This document shows, one piece after another, positions 47,425-55,918 of a DNA stretch of 64,000 bases. The notes beneath the pieces were generated by a model, which was given only the letters and a program-made list of their open reading frames with translations, was not told the origin of the DNA and searched no databases. A program made the position numbers and the translations under genes. Each line of letters begins with the position of its first letter. Position 1 is the first letter of the stretch. The stretch covers positions 41,978-105,977 of the forward strand of contig JBGGMV010000072.1 in NCBI GenBank assembly GCA_041287865.1, read 5' to 3'. Origin of the DNA: Alphaproteobacteria bacterium (GTDB lineage Bacteria; Pseudomonadota; Alphaproteobacteria; Micavibrionales; UBA2020).

Positions 47425-48675
47425 TTAACGATTAATAGGCGCGGATGTACCGGGTGCGGACGGCTGGCGATAGGCCAGATTGGGCGGCGCCTGCATCCAG
47501 GGAATGCCGGTTTTTCCCATCTCGTCACCCAGCGCAAATAGCTGCGACATATATTCCGGGTCGAACAGCTCCTTGGGCTTGGCATTGAAGCCCTGCGGGA
47601 TGTTGATAAGGTTATATTCGATCCCGTCGCGTTTCGCGCCCGCATACAATTTGAACAGGTCGCCGATGCCCTGATTTTTAATGAGCGTCTCGATCGACCG
47701 CTGCGAGAGGTGGATCAGGTTCGGCGTGATGGTGGCATATTCCGGCGACAGCTTGGCGTTGCGCAGAATGAACAGCTTGCGGTGGATGCCATGCTTGCTG
47801 AAAATCTCCCCCTCGTTCACTGCCGACTGCAGCGGGTAGAGAAACACTTGCGCCGTGACGCCGCCGTCGACGTGGATTTCGTTGTAACGCTTGCCGTCCA
47901 CCGTCACGTCGATGAATACCGGCTTGAAAGCGCCGGGGATAGAGGTAGAGGCCAGCATGATCTTGTGAAACAGTTCGAGCGCCTTGGGGTTGCCGGAATT
48001 CGCCAGCGTGCCGATATCCCAGATAATGCTGCGCTGGGTTTCAAGGTTGGTCGTGCCGATCAGCAGTCTGCGGCCCTTGCGGTGTTCTGCCGCGATGCGG
48101 GTAAAAATCTCGGGCGTGATTTTCTGCTCGATCATGCGCGCCAGCGGCGCATTGTCGACCAGCGACATGCCGCCCGTTAACCCTTCCCAGATGGTCGAGA
48201 AAGCGGCGATGAAAAGGCTGTTGGTGTTTAGCGTGGTATAGAATTTCCTCAGGTCCTCGTCGTATTCCTGCCCCAGGAAGGCGAAGGGGGCGATCAGCGC
48301 GCCGGTGGAAACGCCCGTGACGATGGTGAAAGCGGGGCGCTGTCCTGTCGTGCTCCAGCCGTGCAGCAGGCCCGCGCCGAAGGCACCGTTGTCGCCGCCG
48401 CCCGAAACGGCAAGATAGCTCATGGGCGGATAATCGCCATGCGCCTTGAAGTAATCTTCGTTGGCGGCCTTGTACTGGCCGATGCGCCGCTCGATGATAA
48501 AGGTCAGGTTCTCGGGCGCTTCGTCGCCCACATAGCGAATGCCGGCGGGGAAGCCGTCGACCTGCGCCCGCTGGATGCCTTCCTCGGGCACGGCGTTGTG
48601 CGCGGTCACGACGCCGCAGCCGGCAAGGGCAAGCGTTAGGCAGAATAGCGCAGCAATGCGGGTTTTGGTAAACAT
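47425..48675 (-). CDS. Patatin-like phospholipase, lipoprotein
   Basis: Lipobox LALAGC. Oxyanion motif GGGDNGAFGAG, nucleophile GVSTGA, catalytic Asp in VDGGV. Confidence 0.85.
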   Translation of the reverse strand: MFTKTRIAALFCLTLALAGCGVVTAHNAVPEEGIQRAQVDGFPAGIRYVGDEAPENLTFIIERRIGQYKAANEDYFKAHGDYPPMSYLAVSGGGDNGAFGAGLLHGWSTTGQRPAFTIVTGVSTGALIAPFAFLGQEYDEDLRKFYTTLNTNSLFIAAFSTIWEGLTGGMSLVDNAPLARMIEQKITPEIFTRIAAEHRKGRRLLIGTTNLETQRSIIWDIGTLANSGNPKALELFHKIMLASTSIPGAFKPVFIDVTVDGKRYNEIHVDGGVTAQVFLYPLQSAVNEGEIFSKHGIHRKLFILRNAKLSPEYATITPNLIHLSQRSIETLIKNQGIGDLFKLYAGAKRDGIEYNLINIPQGFNAKPKELFDPEYMSQLFALGDEMGKTGIPWMQAPPNLAYRQPSAPGTSAPINR

Positions 48676-48734
48676 GGCCGCAGTGTGTAATCAAACCATT
48701 TGAAGGTCAATATGCTTCTGGTACTATCCCGCCC

Positions 48735-50402
48735 ATGACCGAGGCATTTATTCATAAATTACAGGCCATCGTCGGCGATCGCCATGTGCTGACGGGCGAG
48801 AAAAAGACGCGCCGTTTCGCCACCGGCTTCCGCTATGGCGGGGGCAAGGTGCTGGCGGTGGCGCGGCCGGGCACGCTGGTCGAACAATGGCGGTTGCTGC
48901 AGGCCTGCACGGCCGAGGGCAAGATCGTCATCATGCAGGCCGCCAATACGGGCCTGACCGGCGGCTCCACCCCCGACGGCGAAGGCTATGACCGCGATAT
49001 CGTCATCATCAACACGCTGCGCCTTTCACAAATTCACATGATCCGTGACGGCCGGCAGGTGATCTGTTTCCCGGGCGCGACGCTCGACAGGCTGGAAAAA
49101 GAACTGAAACCGCTGGGGCGCGAACCGCATTCGGTGATCGGCTCCTCCTGCATCGGCGCGAGCGTTGCGGGCGGTATTGCGAACAATTCCGGCGGCGCGC
49201 TGGTCAGGCGCGGGCCTGCCTATACGCAACTGGCGCTTTACGCGCGCATCCATGCCGACGGGCATCTGGAGCTTGTCAATCACCTCGGCGTCGCGCTGGG
49301 CGGGGAAGCGGAAGAAATTCTGCGCCGGCTCGATCACGGCAAATTCCGCGAAAGCGACATACAGGACGGCGGCCATGCCTCCGACCACGACTATGCGGCG
49401 CATGTGCGCATGATCGACGCCGATACGCCCGCGCGCTTCAACGCCGATCCGCGCCGCCTGTTCGAGGCTTCCGGCTGCGCAGGGAAACTCGCGCTTTTCG
49501 CCGTCAGGCTCGATACCTTTGCGGCGGAAGGCACGCATAAGCTCTTTTATATCGGCTGCAACGATGCCCGCGCGCTGGCCGATATGCGCCGCCATGTGCT
49601 GGGTGAATTCAAGAACCTGCCCGTGCTGGGCGAATATATCCACCGCGACGCCTTTGATGTGGCGGAGGAATACGGCAAGGATACTTTTCTTATCATCAAC
49701 CATCTCGGCACGCGTTTTCTCGCGCCGCTCTTCGCGCTCAAGGGCCGCATCGACGGTATGTTCGGCAAGCGGTTCAGCGACCGCTGGCTGCAGCGGTTGT
49801 CAAAACTGTTCCCTGCGCATCTGCCAGCGCGCATTAAAGACTTCCGCGGTAAATTCGAGCATCACCTGCTGCTGGAAATGTCGGGCGATGGCGTGGCCGA
49901 GGCCGCTGCCTACCTCTCTTCCTTCTTTGCCAACAGCAGTGTGGGCGCCTATTTCGAATGCACGGACGAGGAAAAGAAAAAGGCCCTGCTGCAACGCTTC
50001 GCCGTCGCGGGCGCGGGCGTGCGTTACCGCGCCATGCATCCCGACAAGGTCGAGGATATCGTCGCCTTCGACATCGCGCTCCGCCGCAACGACCGCGACT
50101 GGCTGGAGGTGCTGCCGGAATCTGTTTCGTCGAAACTGGTCAAGGCGCTCTATTGCGGCCATTTCCTCTGCCATGTTTTCCATCAGGATTACATCGTGAA
50201 GAAAGGCGAGGATTGCGCCGCGCTGAAGCAGGAAGTGATCAAGCTGCTGGAAGCGCGCGGCGCGAAATATCCGGCTGAACACAACGTCGGCCATTTCTAC
50301 AAGGCGCCAGTGAACCTTGCCGAATCCTACCGCGCCCTCGATCCCTCCAACGCCCTCAACCCCGGCGTGGGCCAGACATCGAAAAAGAAGCACTGGGCTT
50401 AG
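48735..50402 (+). CDS. dld: FAD-dependent (quinone) D-lactate dehydrogenase
   Basis: 555 aa. The N-terminus and the MQAANTGLTGGSTP motif are typical of Dld. Confidence 0.85.
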   Translation: MTEAFIHKLQAIVGDRHVLTGEKKTRRFATGFRYGGGKVLAVARPGTLVEQWRLLQACTAEGKIVIMQAANTGLTGGSTPDGEGYDRDIVIINTLRLSQIHMIRDGRQVICFPGATLDRLEKELKPLGREPHSVIGSSCIGASVAGGIANNSGGALVRRGPAYTQLALYARIHADGHLELVNHLGVALGGEAEEILRRLDHGKFRESDIQDGGHASDHDYAAHVRMIDADTPARFNADPRRLFEASGCAGKLALFAVRLDTFAAEGTHKLFYIGCNDARALADMRRHVLGEFKNLPVLGEYIHRDAFDVAEEYGKDTFLIINHLGTRFLAPLFALKGRIDGMFGKRFSDRWLQRLSKLFPAHLPARIKDFRGKFEHHLLLEMSGDGVAEAAAYLSSFFANSSVGAYFECTDEEKKKALLQRFAVAGAGVRYRAMHPDKVEDIVAFDIALRRNDRDWLEVLPESVSSKLVKALYCGHFLCHVFHQDYIVKKGEDCAALKQEVIKLLEARGAKYPAEHNVGHFYKAPVNLAESYRALDPSNALNPGVGQTSKKKHWA

Positions 50403-50531
50403 TGAGCCGCTAAGTCCTTGCTCTGGCATATCTCTCTTTTAAAAACTCAAGATTATGTAAATAATATTCGCAATTATGGTTCTCACGGTATTTGCTACGC
50501 TTTGCATAACGGAAAATTTAAAGGAGATCCG

Positions 50532-51077
50532 ATGACTGCCATCATGTTCAGGCCTGTCGCCAAGAAGGAAACCGGCGAGCTGGGAACCGTGCTGAAAGAA
50601 GTCTGCGCGATGACGGCGCTCTCGAACGTCAAGCTCGCGGAAAATTGCAAGGACAAGGAATTCTATATCGCCGACGTCGCCGAAGGCACGGATATGCCTG
50701 CACTGATAAAGGCCTTGCGCGGCATCAAGGGCGTCCTGCATTTAAGGGAAGGCGCGAACCGCGACGAGCTGGAAAGCTATGTTGCGAAACATGCCGCCAT
50801 GTCAGGGATGGACCAGATAAGGGAAATGATTCTGGCCGACCCCCATTGCACGATCGGCTATATGAGCGGGAAGATGAGCTATTACAATGCGGGCGAGGTC
50901 AAGGCGCTGTTCAACCATGCCGCCGTACCGCAACCGAAAGATCTTGCGCTCGCGCCCGACGATTCAAAATACGACATTACGAAGGCGCAAAAAGCCGCGC
51001 TGATCTATAAGGCCTCCCGCAATGCGGGCGACGGCGTTATACGCAGCGCACGCGACTGGATCCGCGCGCGTTTCTAG
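50532..51077 (+). CDS. Hypothetical protein (181 aa)
   Basis: The ATG at 50532 is 5 nt after AGGAG. An AT-rich 130-bp upstream gap precedes it. Followed by its own terminator. No family was recognised. Confidence 0.5.
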   Translation: MTAIMFRPVAKKETGELGTVLKEVCAMTALSNVKLAENCKDKEFYIADVAEGTDMPALIKALRGIKGVLHLREGANRDELESYVAKHAAMSGMDQIREMILADPHCTIGYMSGKMSYYNAGEVKALFNHAAVPQPKDLALAPDDSKYDITKAQKAALIYKASRNAGDGVIRSARDWIRARF

Positions 51078-51100
51078 ACGGCATACTAGCGAAGCGAAAG

Positions 51101-51132
51101 GGCGGTCCCATGGCATGCGGGCCGCCTTTTTG
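51101..51132 (+). terminator. Intrinsic terminator
   Basis: GGCGGTCC...GGGCCGCC stem (51101-51126) followed by TTTTTG. Confidence 0.75.
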
Positions 51133-51249
51133 TTGCCTGCGTTAAAGGTTTGAAAAACAAGCGTAAACCCTGGGCGTTGTGCCCTATAAAAATCTTGCAT
51201 TATGAAAAATAATAGCTATACTGTAGCCTCAATTCAACCGGAGACGGCA

Positions 51250-51840
51250 ATGTCCCTTTATCACGGCACCAGCGCGGGTGCGGCGCTTAAAATTCTCGAG
51301 AACGGCGACGTGAAGCCGAGCAAGGATGGCTATTTCTACACCTTCGACGGCAACCGTCCCGAAAGCCTCGCGGGCGCGCTCTGCTTTGCAACCGGCGACG
51401 GGCCGCGCAATGGATCTCTGAAAGAGAAAAATTTCTTCAAGCGCTACACGCAGCTGAACCCGAACTTCCCGACAGGGCTGAAGGGTATCTTCGCCAAGGC
51501 CGCACTGAAAATGGCTGCGCGGTCATGGGCGAAAGAACAGCTCAAATCGGCCACCACGGATGCCGACCGCGCGGGCGCGATCATGGTCTATGCCGATAAC
51601 AGCCAGGCCACTGCGCGCTGCCGTGGCGGATTTGTGAATGAAATGAAACTGCCCGCCGCCGGTCTCGGTACGCTCAAGCTGGAACGCGTTTACCTCGACG
51701 ATGCCCTGCTGAAAACACCGGAAGTGCAGAAACTGCAGGCGCAGGGCATCGTGATCGAACCGCTCAGCCACTGCACCGATAAAATCTGGAAAGATTGCGC
51801 CGCCGCGAAGGCCGCTAAGAAATCAGCGCCTAAGGCTTAA
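51250..51840 (+). CDS. Hypothetical protein with candidate ADP-ribosyltransferase-fold (H-Y-E / Tpt1-like) motifs
   Basis: The ATG at 51250 is 5 nt after GGAGA. Starts MSLYHGTSAGAALKILENG, followed by DGYFYTFD and later GGFVNEMKL. Ends with a Lys/Ala tail. The fold assignment comes from motif recall only. Confidence 0.4.
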   Translation: MSLYHGTSAGAALKILENGDVKPSKDGYFYTFDGNRPESLAGALCFATGDGPRNGSLKEKNFFKRYTQLNPNFPTGLKGIFAKAALKMAARSWAKEQLKSATTDADRAGAIMVYADNSQATARCRGGFVNEMKLPAAGLGTLKLERVYLDDALLKTPEVQKLQAQGIVIEPLSHCTDKIWKDCAAAKAAKKSAPKA

Positions 51841-52267
51841 CCACGCCGTTATCAACCTCGATAACCTTTTTCACCCGGTAGTCCGCACCGATGTCGATGG
51901 CGAGTGTATCTGTGCCATCCGCCAGCTTGCCGTCGAAAATAATTTCCACCTTGCCCTGTGCGGGGGCCTTCAGGTCGGCGGGAACGGGCTTGCCCGTCAC
52001 GCGCAGAATATCCTCGCCGCCCATGTCGTCCGTCGGCGGGCCTGCCGACACCGTATATACCGGGCCATTTTCCCCGTCACGCCAGCCGATGCCGAAGTAA
52101 ACAGGCTGCGGGCCTTCTGCCACGGCCTGCTTCACGATGCCCTCCCGCGCGGGGTTATCCGGCCCCTTTGGCGGGGTGGTGGCGACAACACCCCAGACAT
52201 AAAGCCCCGTCGCCGCGACGATGACAAGCGCGACAATCCCGAGAGCAATTTTGGCGATCAGCGGCAT
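51830..52267 (-). CDS. Hypothetical membrane-anchored protein
   Basis: N-terminal TM helix IAKIALGIVALVIVAATGLYVWGVV followed by a soluble domain of about 110 aa. The 3' end overlaps the convergent gene by 11 nt. Confidence 0.5.
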   Translation of the reverse strand: MPLIAKIALGIVALVIVAATGLYVWGVVATTPPKGPDNPAREGIVKQAVAEGPQPVYFGIGWRDGENGPVYTVSAGPPTDDMGGEDILRVTGKPVPADLKAPAQGKVEIIFDGKLADGTDTLAIDIGADYRVKKVIEVDNGVVKP

Positions 52268-52275
52268 GATGCTCC

Positions 52276-53673
52276 TTACGTTTCGGGTGTCTGGCGGGCG
52301 ATCGCATAGTCAACCGCACGCCGCAGCATCGACGGCGTGATGTATTTGCGGTGCGTATAGTCGATCACCGCCATATAGAACCTGCCGAAGTTGTTTTTAC
52401 AGGAAACGCGCGTGCCCAGCGTGATGTCGGCCTGCCCTGCGCCCTTGATCTCGACCCCCACGCATGACCTGAACGTCAGGTGCTTGTCGTCGGCGCCAAG
52501 GATCACTTCCGCGCGCGTGTCGTCGCTGTTTACACGTTGGTCCAGCACCGGATACTGGTTCGCAAAAAGGTTGCTGGTGTTGGGCGACAGCAATGATGAC
52601 ACGGGACAGCCCAGCGGCGAGGTGCGCAGGCCCAGCGGCTTGACCATCAGGTTGCGTATCGCCATCAGCCGCCCGACCCCGCTGGGGGCGTTGAGCAGGA
52701 AGCCTTCCAGCACCGCGGCAAGCAGTTTCGCGGCCCCGGCGTCCTTCAATCCGGTATTCTTCACCGTCAGGCAAAACGTGTCTTCGTGATGCAGCGGCAG
52801 GCCCGCAAGCTGGTTGCTCAGCAGCGAATTTTCCAGCGGCCCGTCCAGTTCCTGCACGTGCCGTTCCGGCGCGCCCTGCGTCAGGAAGCCGCCCGCGTCT
52901 TTCCAGTCGCCCCACAGGCCGCGCAGCATGCCCGCGCCGCTGCGCACGTTATTGCAGACAAGACGGTGGAAGGTTCCTTCCGGCGCGTCCAGCGACAGCG
53001 TCGTGGTGGGAACGGCCTGCGGCGAAAAATCCTTCGCCTGCATCAGCGCGAATACTTCCGGCAGCAGCAGCTCGGTGAGCGAGGGGATATCGGCATCGTT
53101 GGCCAGCACTTTCTGCCGCAGCGCGTCGGGCAGGTTGCCGCCCAGTTCATTGGTGTGGCAGGAAAGCGCGAAGAAGACCGGATGCAGCGAATTGCGCGAC
53201 AGCGGCGAAAACTGGTGCCATGTTTCCCCGCCGAAGCGCACGGTGAACATGCAATCGGGCGGGATATTGATAAAGCGCAGCGCGCGCACGAAACTATGCG
53301 GGTCCTGCGCAATCTGCTCCCCCGAAGCCGTGGAAAAACGCAACTGCGCCCCGCCGCTGCCCGATACGGCGGTGAAAATGCGGTGCCCCGCATGGCGGTG
53401 GAAGGGGTGGCCCTTGGGCCCGACGATGAAGGAATAGAGCGCGGTTGCGTCGCCCTTTGAAAAATCAGTCGCGGCAAGCTTGGCGGATGGTTCATCCAGC
53501 TCGTCGATAAAATTGCCGTGCTGCCGCTGGCGCGAGGCGACGCTGGCGAAAAGATGGTTGCCCGCGCCGTGGCCCAGCTGCGCGATCAGCGAGACCTCCA
53601 CGGCCAGCCCGTCCGCCTGCGACGGAATGCGCACGGAAGGAAAGGTCTCGACCACTTGCGTGAAATTCAGCAT
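52276..53673 (-). CDS. Hypothetical protein, cupin-like His cluster (N-terminal) and DUF2867-like C-terminal region
   Basis: The ATG at 53673 follows GAGGTGG. GHPFHRHAGHRIF looks like a cupin metal site. The C-terminal assignment is weak. Confidence 0.45.
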   Translation of the reverse strand: MLNFTQVVETFPSVRIPSQADGLAVEVSLIAQLGHGAGNHLFASVASRQRQHGNFIDELDEPSAKLAATDFSKGDATALYSFIVGPKGHPFHRHAGHRIFTAVSGSGGAQLRFSTASGEQIAQDPHSFVRALRFINIPPDCMFTVRFGGETWHQFSPLSRNSLHPVFFALSCHTNELGGNLPDALRQKVLANDADIPSLTELLLPEVFALMQAKDFSPQAVPTTTLSLDAPEGTFHRLVCNNVRSGAGMLRGLWGDWKDAGGFLTQGAPERHVQELDGPLENSLLSNQLAGLPLHHEDTFCLTVKNTGLKDAGAAKLLAAVLEGFLLNAPSGVGRLMAIRNLMVKPLGLRTSPLGCPVSSLLSPNTSNLFANQYPVLDQRVNSDDTRAEVILGADDKHLTFRSCVGVEIKGAGQADITLGTRVSCKNNFGRFYMAVIDYTHRKYITPSMLRRAVDYAIARQTPET

Positions 53674-53720
53674 CAATCCACCTCGGGTTTTGATGGTAGC
53701 AAATGGCGGGGCATTTTTCA

Positions 53721-53767
53721 GCCAGAGGCCTGACCTTGCCTTATTTGGCATAAGTCAGGCCTCTGGC
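53721..53767. repeat. 14-bp perfect inverted repeat (stem-loop) GCCAGAGGCCTGAC-N19-GTCAGGCCTCTGGC
   Basis: Arms at 53721-53734 and 53754-53767, in the gap between the VIT-VWA gene and the downstream gene. There is no U-tract on the transcribed (minus) side. Confidence 0.6.
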
Positions 53768-53815
53768 CTTTCCGCCCGGCTACTGTATGGAGTTGAGGAG
53801 TACTATACCGGCCGT

Positions 53816-55918
53816 TTAACGCGCATGCCCGATCCTCCTGCGCCGCTGATGCAGGGCGGCAAGCAAAGCCATCAATCCGATCACGGCAAGGCCCGCGACG
53901 GTGGAAGGCTCCGGCACCGATCCGCCGGAGAAAGAGGCGATATGCTCCATGCTGCTGCCATAGGCCTTTTGCGTCACGCCTTTCACCATCGGCAGCGGCA
54001 CATTTGTCTGCTGCGCCAGCTCCGGATGTTCATTGACGATCTTTTTCGAGACGGCGACGAAGGATGTCCAGCGTGTGACGAGCCCGAAATCGAGGCCGAG
54101 GCCGGTGACTTCCGTTTTCAACGCGTCATCCGACATGCCATCGGCGCGGAAAGCGGGCGGCATGTTCAGCTGGCGCATGTCCTCGGCGATTTTCGTGCGC
54201 GCCCAGATCAGCGGGATGGGGTTGTTCGTGTCATCTGAACTGTCAGGGAAATCGACCGTGACGGGCAGCGTGGCCTTGCGGCCGTTCACCATGGCGCGGA
54301 CGGTGACGGTATGCTTACCGGGCTCCGTATATTTCCCCTGGATGCGGATCGCGCCGCCGGCGAAGAGGTCGGGGATGATCTGCGGCGTCTGGTCGGCCAC
54401 TTTCAGGCGGCCCCAGTCGAGCCTGATATCGGTCAGCACCGGCGTTTCCAGCTTTCCGGCCAGCTGTATCGCGACGTCATCGGCCTTTTCGGTCGGGTCG
54501 ATAAAGCGCGCAAAGCCGCGGCCCATGCGGCCCATTTCCTCGAGCAGGAAGCGGTTGACGGAAGTGCCGACGCCCAGCGCATAGACGCGCGCGGCCCCCA
54601 TTTTCGAGGTCATGGTATTCAGCACTTCGGATTCGTTGCCGATATAGCCGTCGGTCAGTAAAACGACGATACGCAGCGTGCCTGCCTGCGGCGGCATGCT
54701 GAAGGCCTGCACGATCGCCTTGTTCGCCTCCGTGCCGCCGTCGGCCTGCAGAGCGTTCACGTAGTCGAGCCCGCGCTGGACGTTGTCGGGCGTCGCTGGC
54801 ACGGGGCCGGTGGTGAATTCCTCGGCATTGTTACTGAAACGGATGATGCGGAAATAATCACCCGGGCGCAGCGCCGCCAGCGCATGCTTCATGAAGACCT
54901 TGCAGGTGGCGACGGGCCGACCGTTCATCGAGCCCGAGGTGTCGACGACGAAAACCATTTCGCGCGGCACGATATCGGCGCTTTCGGGCAGTACGGGCGG
55001 TTCCAGCTGCAGGCTGAAAAATCCGCCGCGCTCGCCCTTGTGCGCCAGCAGGCCCGCCTGCGGCAATGTGCCGCCAAGGCTGTAGCGCAGCACGAAATCG
55101 GCGTTGTCGATCGTCCGGCCGGAGGCGAGCCTGATCACGCGGCGGTTGTCGGAAATTCTCTCCTCGGCGATGTCATGCGTCCTGCTGCTGATGCCGGTGA
55201 TGGGCAGGCCGCTGTCGAGCCGCACCTCGATCGACACGCGGTCTTTCTCGATGGTGTCGGGAATGGTCAGCCCCGCAACAGCGGGATAGGCGGGAAGCTG
55301 CTCTACCTCCCACTGGCCGAATTTATCCTTGCTGCCGGTTTGTGTAAGCGGCGTGGGCGCAACGCCCGCGCCCTTCGGCTGGTAGCGGGGGCCCACGACC
55401 AGCGGCAGCACCAGTTCATACTGGCTGTCAACCTTGGGCAGGGCATATACATAGGTCAGGGTGACTTCGACGGGCTTGCCGGGCATCAGGTTGGCGATGT
55501 CCTGCGTGAACATGTTCGGGCGGTGCTCGACCAGCAGCGAGGCCGCCTTGCCTTCGCTCTTGGCGGTTTCGAAGACTTGTTTAGCCTCCTCGATGCGGTG
55601 GATTTTGGCTTCGACGCGTTCGTCGCCGACGATCATCACCATCTTGTGCACGGCGGCGTCGTGCTGCAGCGGGAAAAGATATGTCGCATGCAGCGGCTTT
55701 TCGTAAGGGTTGGAGAAGGTTTGCTTCACCGTCACGCTCGCAAGGTCGCCCTTGATATCGGCGACGATATCTTCCCTCAGCAGCGGGAAGCTGACCTGCT
55801 GGCCGTCCATCGCGGCCTCTATCCGTCCCCCCACGATATCGGTTGAAACATCGGCGCGGGCGGCGGGTGCGAGCAACAGCAGCGTTACGAAAAGGGATAA
55901 ATTAATGAATTTCAGCAT
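53816..55918 (-). CDS. VIT plus von Willebrand factor A domain protein with PEP-CTERM sorting signal
   Basis: Signal peptide. VWA MIDAS motif VVDTSGSM. The C-terminus VPEPSTVAGLAVIGLMALLAALHQRRRR combines a PEP motif, a TM helix and a basic cluster. Confidence 0.8.
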   Translation of the reverse strand: MLKFINLSLFVTLLLLAPAARADVSTDIVGGRIEAAMDGQQVSFPLLREDIVADIKGDLASVTVKQTFSNPYEKPLHATYLFPLQHDAAVHKMVMIVGDERVEAKIHRIEEAKQVFETAKSEGKAASLLVEHRPNMFTQDIANLMPGKPVEVTLTYVYALPKVDSQYELVLPLVVGPRYQPKGAGVAPTPLTQTGSKDKFGQWEVEQLPAYPAVAGLTIPDTIEKDRVSIEVRLDSGLPITGISSRTHDIAEERISDNRRVIRLASGRTIDNADFVLRYSLGGTLPQAGLLAHKGERGGFFSLQLEPPVLPESADIVPREMVFVVDTSGSMNGRPVATCKVFMKHALAALRPGDYFRIIRFSNNAEEFTTGPVPATPDNVQRGLDYVNALQADGGTEANKAIVQAFSMPPQAGTLRIVVLLTDGYIGNESEVLNTMTSKMGAARVYALGVGTSVNRFLLEEMGRMGRGFARFIDPTEKADDVAIQLAGKLETPVLTDIRLDWGRLKVADQTPQIIPDLFAGGAIRIQGKYTEPGKHTVTVRAMVNGRKATLPVTVDFPDSSDDTNNPIPLIWARTKIAEDMRQLNMPPAFRADGMSDDALKTEVTGLGLDFGLVTRWTSFVAVSKKIVNEHPELAQQTNVPLPMVKGVTQKAYGSSMEHIASFSGGSVPEPSTVAGLAVIGLMALLAALHQRRRRIGHAR

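Noticed and set aside
47425-48675. Patatin-like phospholipase as a defence (CBASS-type) effector.
   Set aside because: It has a lipoprotein signal peptide. There is no adjacent cyclase, sensor or other defence gene. It looks like an exported lipase.
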